From Vicugna vicugna (Eukaryota): DNA of 64,000 nucleotides. The notes below the pieces were generated by a model. The model ran no database searches. It was not told the DNA's origin and worked only from the letters and a program-made list of their open reading frames with translations. The stretch is taken from the NCBI GenBank assembly GCA_013265495.1, contig MU061464.1:1630442-1694441 (forward strand). The letters run 5' to 3'. Shown here piece after piece: positions 13,061 through 25,650 of this stretch. The first letter of the stretch is position 1, and each line of letters opens with the position of its first letter. A program made the translations under genes and the position numbers.

Positions 13061-15579
13061 AGACAGAAAGGAAGAAAGAAAGAAAGAAATTAAGAAAAAC
13101 ATGGGTGCGGAGGTCCTCTGCCCCAGGGCCCAACTAAAAATGAAGCCAGTACAGAGTGAACAAAGCCAAGAAATCAAGTCCTTATAACTTTGTATGAGTT
13201 TCCGAGTCCAGTCGTGCCTGAAGCTTGGCCTATCCATGGACTTTTTATGTCATTATTATTTATGAAGTTTTATATGTATATGTATATATATGCACGGTTT
13301 TAAAAGTCAGAAATATTGCAAGGCTTACAAACAACCGCCTCAAAGGCCCACTAACCCCTCCCCCTGCTCCTTTGCGTGGTCTCCACGTCTGTCCGACGTT
13401 TCTGTGTTGTCCGCGGACTTTCTGCACAGAAGACAGCAGTTCACTGTTGCTTCTCATCGCCCCTCGCCCTCCTTCATTCTTCCAAAAGACCTGCTTTGCA
13501 GTCTTTTTACTACGTAGTGATTGAATCAAAATGCGATTCCGTTTCTTTCTTTCACTGTTTGTTTTTTCTGTAGGGAAACATTTCCTCCGTTTTATCATCT
13601 GCTCATTTTTCACCATCATGATTTCTTCCTACCCTCACAAGAACATTATAACGCCCCCATGAAGTCAGCTTTCTTTTTCAGTTAAGCATCTGATATTCTT
13701 TCAGTTCCACGTTCTCCTGGAGACGTTCGCTCCCGGAGCCTCCCGGGGCCGGCCTCCGTCCGGACTAGCTGACTCCCAGGCCTGCCGTGAGAACTCCCTG
13801 ACTTTATCTTCCACCCCTCCTTGTGCAGACACCATAGGGCTTTCCCCCAAGCAGATCCTTCTTCCTGAGCACAAAGCTAAGCTGTGTCGGTCTTAGCTGA
13901 TGGCAGAGGGGGGACGTCACGCTTGCCACCTACAGACCTGATTCACAAAACCCTCAGCGAGATCCTCGTTCCCCTCCCTGGGGTGACACGTGGTAAAGGC
14001 GGCACAGTGTCTGGCAGCTGAGCCCTGAATGGCACTGTGGAGCAGAGTCCCCCCTCTCTCTGCCCTCTTTTTACCTCTGACTGGGCTCACGTGGATGAGC
14101 AGTAAGCTTCCTTATGCTGCCGTTGTTCCTTTTTACAGCATCCAGTTCTTGTTTCAGTAACACGACTTTGTCTGTTAATCTCTTTGAGGACATTAAAGGG
14201 TTTTACTGTTTTGTTTTCAGTTTTCTTTAGCTTCCTGCGTCGTCTCTGCCTCCCGTGAGTTCTTTCTGCCATCTGTCTATTTGTGCAACTGTCTTTCATG
14301 GTGAGCTCTTCCCTCAATACGTGAGTAGCGTCCCGGACTCTGACCACGTCTGAAACCTGACTAGAAGCCACGTGCCTGTGGGTGAGGTCTGCCCCGATCG
14401 TCTTCGTCAGGGCGGTGAGGTGCCTGGCTGGCTTGTTCATTCAAGAAGCCCCAAACCTCAGGACGGCAGGTCTCTTCTCCAGGCTGGCCCATCTCCCTAG
14501 AGGTGAATTTCCTGTCTAGACCCCTGCCTGGCCCCTGCCAGCCTGCCTCCTCACGTTCCCACCATTCAGAGAGCAGAAGTCCCCGTTTTTCAAAGACTCC
14601 TTTCAAATCTTCCATTTTCAGGTGCCTCCCCTGCGCGGCCCTGCCCTGTCCCGTGTCTCGGGGTCTGGGACCTCCCTGGTTAAAGCCCCCACGGTAAATA
14701 TTCAGTCCCCTGCCGGGCGGGCGGGGTCCTCACACAGCCCTTCAGAGGCGCGCCCCCTCGCCCTCGGAGGCGCCCGCACTGCTGGTGCTGGGCCTTTCCA
14801 GGGCTTCGCGGCCTGAAGGGCCTGCCTCGCCTTTGAATCTCTTTGTAGTGAGTGTTGGGGTGCACCACCTCGATGCTCCCATTTTGATGGAGACTCTCCT
14901 TTCCTAGAGCCTGGACATATTTGCTTCCAGCTTCCAGCTGAGTTTCTTCCCAGGAATCAGCCCTGTGTGGAGGAAGCTGCCTCACTCAAAGTTATCTCCC
15001 TTCCGGGAGAGTCCAGCGACCGGCCCGCGGCGGGGACAAAGGCCCGAGCCCCTCGCACCAGTTCAGGACCACTCCGAACGGCCTCCCGCGAGGCCAGTCG
15101 AGGCGGCCGTGACCGCACCCCGGCCCACCCCCTCTGCCTGGCCTCCGCCCCTCACTGCCCCGCCGGCGGACCCCCACCCCAGCTCTGCCCCGCCGGCCTC
15201 CTGCAGCAGGTCTGTGCCTCAGGGTCTGCTTAGCAGGGAGCTCCGCCCAGCACACCCGAGGCTCCCTGGCTTGTTTATGTGATTGTCACATTCCAAACAT
15301 TTGCTGGCATTTCTCATTTACTGTTGTCTCCTCTCTCTGGCTTTGTGAGTTTACACCTATTTTTCTCTCCTCTCCTCGCCTTTCCTTTCAGTGATATTTT
15401 AACAAGGTATCTGGGATAAACACCTGTGTTCAATCTGGTGGGTTTAACAGAAGTGTGAAGACATAGTCATAACACTGTGAACCATACGATGAATCTCCCA
15501 GCCTCATACAGGTCAAGGGAAAATTACGAAAATTGACTCTGTTTTTTGAGCACCATTTGAGGTAGAATATTAAGAAGTA

Positions 15580-15750
15580 GGGGAGGGTAGAGCTCAGTGG
15601 TGGAGTGCATGCCTAGCATGCACGAGGTCCTGGATTCAATTCCCAGTGCCTTCATTAAAAATAAATAAATAAACCTAATCATCTCCCCCTCAAAAACCAA
15701 GAACAAAAAAGCAAGCAAACAACCCCCCCCCCCAAACAAACAAACAAACA
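15580..15750 (+). mobile_element. Camelid tRNA-derived SINE (Vic-1-like)
   Basis: ggggagggtagagctcagtggtggagtgcatgcctagcatgcacgaggtcctggattcaattcccag has A/B boxes. It is followed by aaaaataaataaataaacctaatcatctcccc and an A-rich tail. This is the basis for the camelid assignment. Confidence 0.85.
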
Positions 15751-15869
15751 GGAAAGCACGGGGTAAATGGGACAGATCTCAAGCATCGGTGGTGAGGCTG
15801 GAGGGGAGCCCCCACCGGTGAATCCGCACGCAGCCCTGGGCCACTCTCCTTCTCCTCCAGGCGTTTGCA

Positions 15870-16195
15870 CCTGCTGCTCCCTTGGCCAGGAACATCCTCC
15901 CCTTCATTTCACTTGGCCAGATTCTCCTGGTGTCCCAGAACCCAGCACAGAACGCCATCAACCCCCACGCCTGGTGTCAGGTTAGCTACCTCCCTGGTGC
16001 ACCCAAGGCTCCCTGCACCACCTTCCTCACAGCACCTCATAGCCCAGGGCTGCAGCTGCGCATGACTTTGAGCTCCTTGAGCACAGGGACTCTTCTTTCA
16101 TCTTTTTGGACCTAGTATCTCTCACACTAACAGTTAGTAGGTGCCCAAGAATGAGTGTGAAATAAATGAGTAAATAAATGGATTGATGTATGGAT
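15870..16195 (+). mobile_element. L2 LINE 3' end
   Basis: gagctccttgagcacagggact...gtaggtgcccaag followed by a (taaa/tgga)-like tail. Confidence 0.65.
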
Positions 16196-16574
16196 GATTC
16201 AAATGGGCTCCCCCTGGGGGTCAGCCATGGAGAAGGCGAGTGCTCAGGCCTGGGGAGGAGAGACTTGCTCAGTCATGAATGGGTTTCTCTCGTCCACCCC
16301 TCACCCAAAGCTTGGTGAAGCAGAGCCCAGAGATACTAGAGCGAAGGACGCCATCCAGCCACGTGTGGCTGACCTGGGCTGACAAATGGAAGAAGCAATG
16401 CTGGATTAGCCATCCTGAGCACTAACCAGGAAAGGCAGGAAGGGGAGGCCACACACAAGAGCATCGTTACCAGCCCCTGCAGGTGCAAACAACTGCAGAA
16501 AGGAAGCTCCCTAAGGGTCTGTAATGTCAGCAAGAAGTCCACTCCTGATGCACACTTCAGAGACTTAAAAAGAT

Positions 16575-16740
16575 CTGCACACACTTTAACTCGTTTTGTC
16601 TTCACAACAAGCTTATGAGTTGGGGGCTTTTTATATTTTATAGATGAGGAAACTGAAGCACAGGAAGTTTTCCAAAGCCACTCAGCTCAGCAGTGGCACT
16701 GCCAGGATTGGAAGCCCGGCGGTCTCTTAACCACAAGACA
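16575..16740 (-). mobile_element. MIR SINE
   Basis: tttatagatgaggaaactgaagcacagg is the MIR core. Confidence 0.7.
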
Positions 16741-19021
16741 AAGGCTATCTCCCATCCCATGTCCCCATCTCACCGACTCACCTCCTCCCCCAAGTTGCTA
16801 AAAAGGGAATCTGCCCTTTGGGATGAGACAGCAGCATTCCTGCTTTGGCAGAATAACCAGCTGTGTTCAGTCCCGCGGCCCAGATGTAACAGGGGTTAGG
16901 TGGGGGGGCTGGGGGGGACCCCGCGGGATGCTGCTTTCATCCCCAGCCCTGGAGAAATGAAATCTGAGAAAGAATCCGTGTGGAGGGGAAAGGGGAAGAA
17001 AAGACTCCTTGGAGGGCAGGGCTGTCCCCGCCTGGCCTTGCTGCGGGAACACGGGGGCTCTGGTTATGGACCCGGGAAGAAAGGGCCCGCATGCAGCAGG
17101 GGTCAAGTCAGAGCCGGTGACTCACCGCGCACAGGGCCCAGAGGCCCAGGAACACATCACAGGATGCTGAGACACGTCTCAAACACTTGCCAGCTGAGTC
17201 CATCTGGAACATGAGTTCTGAGCAAGAAAGAGCAGGGAGACGAGGGGAGGAGGCCTGAGTGCGCGGGTCAGTGAGAGCTGACTCAGAGCTGGCTTCCAAG
17301 GCCGTCAGGGATGATCCCGCCACGTCTCGGACCAGTCCCAAAGTGCCCTGAGTGGTCCTGAGCGCTGCGAGGCTGGGCCTCCAGACGACTTTCCCAAGTG
17401 GGGGGGAGCAGCGGCGGTGTCGCCCAGCTTCTGCCCGCGCCCTCCCGTGAGGTCTCCTGACTCACGTCAGCACCGTCTGTGTTCTCAGGGCGGCCCATCC
17501 CTGAACATGGGAGGCAGAAAGGCCTGCAGTCAAAAATCCCCGGGGCAGTGTCCTCGCTGTCCGCCTGAATGCTTTCAAAGGGCTTAGAAAGGAGCTTGTA
17601 AACTGGGCCAGGAAACTGTCCCTGCTTGACTAAGCAGGGTTTTCACACTTGTAATGACTGAGTTTGGGATGTGGAATGATTTATTCCATGTCTGTCTTTC
17701 CTCCTGGGCAGTAAATTTCACCACAGTCCATTTAGCCTTGTTTACCAGAGCCTAGGACAGTGCCTGCTACACGGCTGATGCTCAATGCACATTTGATGAT
17801 TGACAGAAATATATCATATTAATAATAGCAAATAATGATGATGATGAGTGGAGTAAGTGCACGGACTTCTTCCAGTCCTTAGGGATTAGTGTGAACGGAG
17901 CTCTCCCCACAGCCCTTTGCAGGGGGCCAGCCTTCGGACTTGTCAGATGCCCCCGTTCCCACCACCCCCCACCCCCGCTGCCCTGAGCCTCCTTTTGCGT
18001 TTGCAGAGTCGGCAGTTAACTGCCCTCCCCCCCGCCCCCACCAGGGAGAGATTGGAGCCCAGGCCATGGCCCAGTTACAGCTCAGGTATCAGGCTGGGGT
18101 GGCCAGGATCTCTGGGAATCATTTGGGGTCTGAATGACTGGGATGAAGAGTCTGAGAAGTCGGTGGATCAGCTTTCGAAAGGAAATGTCAGTCACTCCGG
18201 GGGAGAAGCAAGGAGAAGGGCGGGCTCCTGGCGACGGGGAAGTGTGCTGGCTCCGAGTCAGACGGGCTCCCGTCCAGATTTGTATTGCTGGTGTTTGGTG
18301 GTTAAATAAAAAAAAGCTTATAAACTTAACTCCAGTTAGAAAAAAATACAAGTATTTCAAATATTGATCCCAGATAATCCCTTCAAACCTGGCAGGGAGA
18401 CCGCCTGGGGTGAAGGGAGGGGTGGGGAGGCCGCGGGGGTGGGAACCGGCCGGCAGGGGCTGCTCCATGGCAATAGCACATGCCTCGTCCTGGCCCTCAT
18501 TTTGTTGGTCACCTCCCTCCCCCCCCTCCACTGGAGTTTTAAGGACCAAGGGAACAAAAAGTCAGTTTGCAGGCACGTCGCCTCCAGCAGTGAGTCTCAG
18601 CCTTTCCAGGCTGCTCACACCCTAACACTGACATATGACATTTGCTGACTCTTTCTTTCTTGGCAGAAGTAATGTAACAATATTTATTTCTGAAATGGAA
18701 ACGAATTTAAAATATTTTTTAACGGATCAATAAAAACATGACAAATCCCAAATAGAAAAACTGGCAGGGCATATGAGCTGGCAGTCCACGAAAGGAAAAC
18801 AAAGGCTCAGTAGACACCTGGAAAGATGTTTGCCCCCTGTGTTGCCAAAGAAATGCAGTCAGAACAATGAGGGGCCATGCTGTGTCCTTCAGGTTGGAAA
18901 GGATTGGAAGAAGTAACGTTATTTGAAAATTTTAACTGTTGGGAAACCAGAGAGAGTCAACAGGAACTGAGCCTTCAGTCAAGTGACTGGTACAATATTC
19001 TCATTAAAAAGTACAAACGCA

Positions 19022-21403
19022 CAGGCGTGCCTCTGAGATGTTGTGGGTTCAGTTCCAGACAGCGCAATAGAGCAAACATCACAACAATGTGAGTCAGGTG
19101 AATTTTCTGGTTTCCTAGTGCATATAAAAGTTACGTCTATACTATACTATTAGCCTATTAAGTGCACAACAGCATTATGTCTAAAAAACAATGTACACGC
19201 CTTAATTAAAAAATACTTTGTTGTTAAAAAATGCTAACCATCATCTGAGCCCTCAGTGAGTCCTGATGTTTTTGCTGGTGGAGGTCTTGCCTTGATGCCA
19301 GTGTCTGCTGACTGATCAGGGGGTGGTTGCTGAAGGCTGGGGCGACTGCAGAAATTTCCTAAAATGAAACAGTGAAGTTTGCCACGTAGATTGACTCTTC
19401 CTTTCATAAACAATGTCTCTGTAGCATGCAATGCTGTTTGACAGCATTTTAGTCACAATAAAACTTCCAAAATTGGAATCAATCCTCTCAAACCCTGCCA
19501 CCGCTGTATCAGCTCAGTTCTGTCACATTGTAGACCTTCTGCTTTCATTCCGACAGTCTTCCCAGGGTCTTCCCAGGAGAAGTTTCCATCCCAAGAAGCC
19601 ACTTTCTTCACTCGTCCACAAGAAGCAGCTCCTCGTCCGTTCGAGTGTGACCGTGAGGGGACAGCTTTTCTGTCGTATATTCAGGCTCCACGTTCAATTC
19701 CCGTTCTCTTGCTGTTTCCACCACATCTGCAATTATCGCTTCCACTGACGTCTTGAACCGCTCCAAGTCATCCATGAGGGTTGGAATCAATGTCTTTCAA
19801 ACTCCTGTGAATGTCGGTATTTTGACCCCTTCCCATGAATCATGAATGTTCTTAACGACATCTGCAATGGTGGTTACTTCCTAGGTGGTTTTCAGTTGAC
19901 TCTGCCCAGATCCATCAGCGGAGCGACTATCTATGGCAGCTGCAGACTTACAAAATGTATTTCTTAAAGAATAAGACTTGAGGGTGGAAGGTGCTCCTTG
20001 GCCCACGGGCTGCAGTGGGGGTGTTGCGCGGGCAGGCGTGAAGACAACAGGCGTGTCGTGGTCCACCTCCAGCAGAGCTCTTGCGTGACCAGGTGCACTG
20101 TCAGTGAGGGGTCGCGTTTGGAAAGGAGTCTTGGCTGAGCAGTAGGTCTCAGAGGTGGTCTTAAATTAGCCAGTAAGCCACGCTGTGAGGGAGTGTGCTG
20201 CCATCGGGCTGAGCTGCTCCCCCTCCAGGGCACAGGCAGAGCGGGCTGGGCCCGGTTCTCACGGACCTTGGCTGTCCGAGCGCGAAGCGAACGGCGGCTC
20301 CCGCGTCAAGGCGCCGGCCGCACGAGCCCCTGACGGGGGTCCGCCCGTCCTGCGAGCTTCGAGGCCAGGCGCTGGCTCCTCCTCTAGCTGTGAAAGCCCT
20401 GGTGGCACCTTTCCCAATAGAAGGCTGTGTCGTCCACGTTGGAAACCTGTTGTTCAGTGCAGCACCTTCATTGCTATCTGGGCTGGATCTTCTGGAGAAC
20501 TGGCTGCAGCTGCTGCGTCGGCACCTGCTGCTTCAGCTGCGCTTCCGTGTTTTGGAAACAGCTGCTTTCCTCAAACCTCGTAAGTCAGCCTCTGTCAGTT
20601 TCAGGCTTTTCTTCTGCAGCTTCCTCCCCCTCAGCCTTCACAGAGCTGAGGAGAGTCAGGGCCCTGCTCTGAGTTAGGCTTTGGTTTAAGGGAACCTTGT
20701 GGCTGGTGTGATTTTCCATCCAGACCCCTCAACCTTTCCCCCATTATCAGCAGTAAGGCTGTTTCACTTTGTTGTCATTCGTGTGTTCACTGGAGTAGCA
20801 CTTTAATTTCCTTCAGGAACTTTCCATTTGCGTTCACAGCCTGGCTAACTGGGGCAGGAGGCCTAGCTTTGGCCGGTCTTCCTCGGACACGCCTTCCTCT
20901 CTTAGCTTAACCTTCTCCAGCTTTTGATTTAAAGTGAGAGACAGGCAACTTTTCCCTTGAACACTTAGAGGTCACCGTGTGGTTATTAATGGCCTAATCT
21001 CAATATTGTATCGGGGAGGAGTGGGGCCCGAGATGGGGAGAGAGGAATTGGGGGAGAGAATGAGGGGAAAGGCCATTCAGTGGAGAAATCAGAACACACA
21101 CACATTTATCAGTTAAGTTCACTGTCTCATATGGGCATGGCTGATCGTGCCGAAAAACAGCTACNNNNNNNNNNNNNNNNNNNNNNNNNNNNNNNNNNNN
21201 NNNNNNNNNNNNNNNNNNNNNNNNNNNNNNNNNNNNNNNNNNNNNNNNNNNNNNNNNNNNNNNNNNNNNNNNNNNNNNNNNNNNNNNNNNNNNNAATGAC
21301 ACCGATGGATTTGCTCGATGCAGCGTTGCCACAAACATTCAATTTGTGAAAAATGCACTGTGAAGTGCAATAAGGCCAAACGCAGTAGAACGAGGTCTGC
21401 CTG
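19022..21403 (-). mobile_element. Near full-length Tigger1 DNA transposon (TcMar-Tigger), transposase disrupted
   Basis: Terminal inverted repeats are caggcgtgcctc and gaggtctgcctg, with TA at the right end (CA at the left). The element is ~2.38 kb. Minus-strand remnants include LMDDLERFKTSVE and AGFERIDSNF...KMLSNSIACYR. Confidence 0.95.
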
Positions 21404-22639
21404 TATTTCCGGTCCATAACATCGTTCACACTTGCTGTAGTCTTTGCTTAGAAAATAAATATTCCTTCTCTCACCACCATGAGCGGTGATGTCTCTCCTA
21501 CTTCAGAAGTCTAATTCAAGATGCTCCTTCTCTTTATCCCACCTACATATGCATTTCCTTTACAGCGTTTAACACAAACACAGCTTGTAATTAGAGATGT
21601 GTCTGTTCATTTGTGATTAGTCAGAGCGTAAAGGCAGCACAGGAAGACGCCCACCTCGTGCACCAGCGAGATGCACACAAGGTGCAGGGGCTGCCATGTG
21701 TGGGCGGGCGAGGCACACCTGCAGGAGGGATGAATAAGCCCTGATCCGGGTGCTGGAGATGTCAGAGGAGATGAGGCGGAGACCCTGCCTCCGGGAGCTG
21801 ACGTTCCAGGCCCTGATTGGCCGAGTGCGTGGGTGGACAAAGGAATGGATAAGCCAGCTTGGGCGCGTCTTTCGTGGCAGTGTTCTCTAAGACCTGCTGC
21901 CTAGTCTTGGCCTCTCCTAGGGATCAGAGCCTTGGTGTGACTCCTGCGGTACCTTCATCTACCTGACACTCCGCCCTAGTCAGTACCGATGGCCCCAGCC
22001 CAGAGCACTGCTGCCTCAAGGAAGCACAGCTTAATGAAGAAATTATTGAAAACGACCTTCCCTCGTTCTGTGCATCTTGACCTTCAAGCGAGTCCAATTC
22101 ATGGTCCCCGCAGGACTTCTCACGGCCCCCTTTCTCTGCGCCGGTCCCCTCCAGCCCCACGGGACTCTAACTCAGCCTAGACCTTCTCTCTACCAGCTCC
22201 CCCACTCCTCTTCTTTCTGGAGCCCACCCCCAGCATATCCCCACGCCCTTCCCACCCCGGCTGTTTATTAGGACTTAACCCGCTTTAAAATCCTCTCCTT
22301 CCCTCAGCCCCCCGGTCTGAGTCTCTCGGGTCTTCAGAGCTTCTAAGCACAACCGTCTTTATCAAAGTCTGACTTGGGTGTTCTCTTGGAAAGATGGGGC
22401 CAGAGGTAGGAAAGCAGTGGTCTGGAAATTACTGGAAGCTCTCTGGTGGCCTGGGGAGGGGGCAGGGGGAGAGAAGAGGATCTCTCTATCCGTCATCAAC
22501 AAAATCCCTCCATCTCTCTCTCTTCTCCGAGCTCTCCCTTCAGAGCTCGTTAGGTCGGAACCCCGGCTGCACCTGAGCGCGCGGCTTCTCCTGGGCTGCC
22601 GGCCCCGCCCGGCCTGGCCCTTAGAGCACCGGCCCGCTC

Positions 22640-23600
22640 TTCTCCACAGCCTTCAGGCCTGGAGCTCACGGCCTCAGCGGTGCTCCCACCCAGCTCTCCT
22701 TCTCACAGCCTGGTCCCTCCCGCGCTCCTCGCAGACCTCCCCCACCCCCGTTATTCCTGTGACGGACCCTGGCTTTCTCATCTCCTCAGTCTCCTAACGT
22801 TGGAATGCTCTGGGGCTCAACTTCGCTGCCCCCTTCATATCTACACGTCCTCCCCAGGTGATGTCACCCCGTCCCGCAGATGCCTGAACATCCACATCAC
22901 TCCCGTGTTTGTATCTCCTACTGAGACGCCTTCTGAACTCCAGACTCGCTTATGTTTAACTGCCCACTCATGGCTCTGTCTGACTGTCTAACGGACAGCC
23001 CATTCTTAGCGGAGTTCTCGATTTCCCCACGTTGAAAGCCAGACTACAGACTCAAACCAGGGTTACGTACGCTAAGCCCCACATCACCAAACTGAGCCTT
23101 AGTGACGGCCTCGGCTCCCCTAGAGACGGAGCCCTAAGCCAGCCCACCAGGAACCGCCGGCTGCACTAGCTAGGCCACCTGCCCACTGGACCCCACCGGC
23201 CCGGAGGGAGGTAACCTTGCGGTGACCCACCTGCGGTTTTGCCTGGAATAGCTTCCTCGCCCCTGCTCCCTTCTGCCTGCAAAAGCCTTTCATTTCGTGC
23301 TGCCCCTCAGAGGTGCTCTGCCTGGCAGGTTGCATGGTTCCCGGCTTATGAATCACTGAATGACGCCAATTAGATCCTTCAGGTTTCCTCAGCTGAATTT
23401 TGCTTTTTAACGTCTACAAAGCTGTTCTCCTCATAGTTCTCTTCAGCTCGGTAAATGTTCCTCTGTTCTTCTGTTGCCTGGCCCCCAAACGCTTCCTCGT
23501 CTGATTTTCCCACCCCACATTCAACCTGTCTGCAGATCTGGTCCAGACTCCGCCTGCCTCTCCCTGCCTCTGCCGCTCTGCCCCTCGTCCAGCCGCAGCC
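22640..23600 (+). mobile_element. L2 LINE fragment interrupted by an LTR at 23030-23412
   Basis: ccccaggtgatgtcacc...tctgaactccagactcgcttatg...aactgcccact matches L2, and L2 resumes after the LTR. Confidence 0.65.
23030..23412 (+). mobile_element. Solo ERV1-like LTR (~383 bp), degenerate
   Basis: Ends are cgttgaaag and aattttgctttttaacg (TG...CA mutated). It has a relic TATA context (cctgcaaaagcc) and a relic poly(A) context (tgaatgacgccaattagatc). No clean TSD is visible. Confidence 0.6.
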
Positions 23601-24034
23601 TCTGGAGCGGACACTCAGTGTTGCTCTCCTTCGTGCGTGACATCACGTTAGCAAACACAGTGTCCTCTGGACCCTTCTGACGGAAAGAGCTGTTGGGTTT
23701 TCCAGTCTTATATAGCGTAAACCCTCCTGCCCGCCCTCTGCTCTGATCTTTCTGGTCCCTTCTTGTGCCATCTGCCACAGCAGTGTGACATTTCTACTTC
23801 ACTTAGTGTGGGCCGTTGCTGTCCCCGAGCAGCACGTTAGCACTACTTCGCAGGGCCCTTGCCAGAGTGCCTGGCCCTGTATCGCAGGAGAGCGCTCCCA
23901 CATCAATAAACCCTGTGCCAAGAGACTCCCGGTGACCCCCACAATCTGGCCTCTTCTGTTCACACACTTGTGCAACCCTTCCCCTCAGGTGTGACCCTGA
24001 CGTGTGCTGAGATGTGTGTGATTACATTACACAC

Positions 24035-24400
24035 CTGCCTTGCTGGGAGACTCGCCCCACCAATGGTTTTGAAGAAGCAAGCTGCTGTGTAACGAGCTGT
24101 ACTAAGGAGAGGGCCCCGGCTGGGAACCGAGGCAGCCAGCCAGAGCGTGAGGCCCTCATGAAGACAGTCTGGAAGGAGCCGAAGCCTGCTAAGGCAATGC
24201 CGGGACCCCCTCGTTCTCCCCAGTGGTCCTCCTTAACCTGTTTCCACCCTGCCTCACGCCTCTCAGACCTTTAGGGCAAATCTGCTGTTGGCCGTGTGAC
24301 CTTGGGCTCTGGGTGGCCCTACGAGCTGGCAACACAGCAGGCTCCCAGGGCCACAGACGCATCCTCGCCATCTCAGAGCAGCTCGAGCAGTGATTCCGTC
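24035..24400 (+). mobile_element. MaLR MLT1 (I/J/K-like) LTR fragment
   Basis: ggttttgaagaagcaagctgctgtg...gggaaccgaggcagccagccagag...tgaggccctca is typical of MLT1. Confidence 0.55.
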
Positions 24401-25079
24401 TGGATCTGTGATGTTCCGTGCAGCAGACATGGGGAAGAAGCCACTGGGAAAAGGAGAAAAGCCGTCTCCTGTCCCTCTGTGGGCTCATGCGGCCAGGCCA
24501 GGACTTGACCTCACTTAACCGTCACAGCGACCAGAGCTGAGAGGGGTGATCTCTGCTCTGTAGAGGAAGCGCCTGGGGCCCAGAGACGATCAGTAACACC
24601 AGTGTTGGCGCCCCTGCAGTAACGGCTCCACCCCAGTCCGCTCTGCGGCACCTCCATCCTGGCCCTAACCACCAACAGCTCACCGTGCTGCGGCTTTAAG
24701 TACCGTCTTCTATGCTGGCGATTAGATTTGTATCTCCAGGTCAAAATGCTCCCCACAGCTCCAAGCCTGCGTATTTCATTGCCTTTTCAGCACCTTCACC
24801 TGGATACCTAGCAATGAACCTTCAGAACAGAGAATTCGGGACCTTCTTTTCCAACCTCACCTCCCCCACTCCACTCAGTCCCACCGAGAAATGGCCCTGC
24901 CGCTCTTTCAGCTGCTCGGGTGTCATCCCTGGCTTTGTATCCTCTCACATCCCACATCCAGTCCCTTAGCACACAGTGTCAGCTTTTCCTTTGAAATGTA
25001 TGCAGAAGATGACCCTTTCTTGCCGATTTCGCTGCCGCCGTCCTGGCCTGGCCCGGTGCCCTCTCCTCAGGACTACTGC

Positions 25080-25650
25080 AAGAGCAGCTTCACTGGTCCT
25101 CTCCCGGCTCGCCTCCACAGCCAGACTGACCCTTTGAAAATGCAAGTGGGAAAAAAAGTGAGATCACAGCCTCTCGCAGTTCACTGTCCAGTGGTTTGCT
25201 GTCTCATCCAGAATAAAACCCAGAGTCCTTGCCACGGCCTCCGAGACTACCTGACCGGCGAGCTCCGACCTGCCTCCGGTCCCTCGCCTCCCCTGGCAGC
25301 CTCAGCCCTCAGCCCTGCGTCATCGCACTCTGCCCCCCGCGCCGTGGCGCTGCTCCCACCTGGACCTTCGCCTGCTTCGTTCCCTCCTAGGTGTTTAACA
25401 GCCCCTCCCCGTCTTGCTTTTGGTCTCCGCTCAGGTGCGCTGTTTTTGGTGTCCCCTCCCAATATCAAAAGGGCATTCCTCACCACCTAGCCTATCCCCA
25501 ACCCTCTTACATTGCTCTGTCTTTCTGTATATTTAACAGCCTCCCCGCTGAAATGTGAGCTCTCCGAAAACAGGTCTGCTGTTCACTGCTGAGTCTCCCG
25601 CGCACGGACCAGAACCCGACACCCGGGAGCGCTCAGGAGGCACCAGCCAC
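25080..25650 (+). mobile_element. L2 LINE 3' end, GC-shifted
   Basis: cagccagactgaccctttgaaaatgcaa...agaataaaacccagagtcctt...aaatgtgagctctccgaaaacagg...gcgctcag. Confidence 0.75.

Noticed and set aside
15580-15652. tRNA gene
   Set aside because: It has A/B boxes, but it continues into the camelid SINE body and A-rich tail and lacks a proper cloverleaf.
19022-21403. Active or domesticated Tigger transposase (TIGD-like gene)
   Set aside because: The transposase is broken into short ORFs by many stops and frameshifts.
24891-25490. 199-aa ORF
   Set aside because: It lies within a GC-shifted L2 3' end and has no coding signature.
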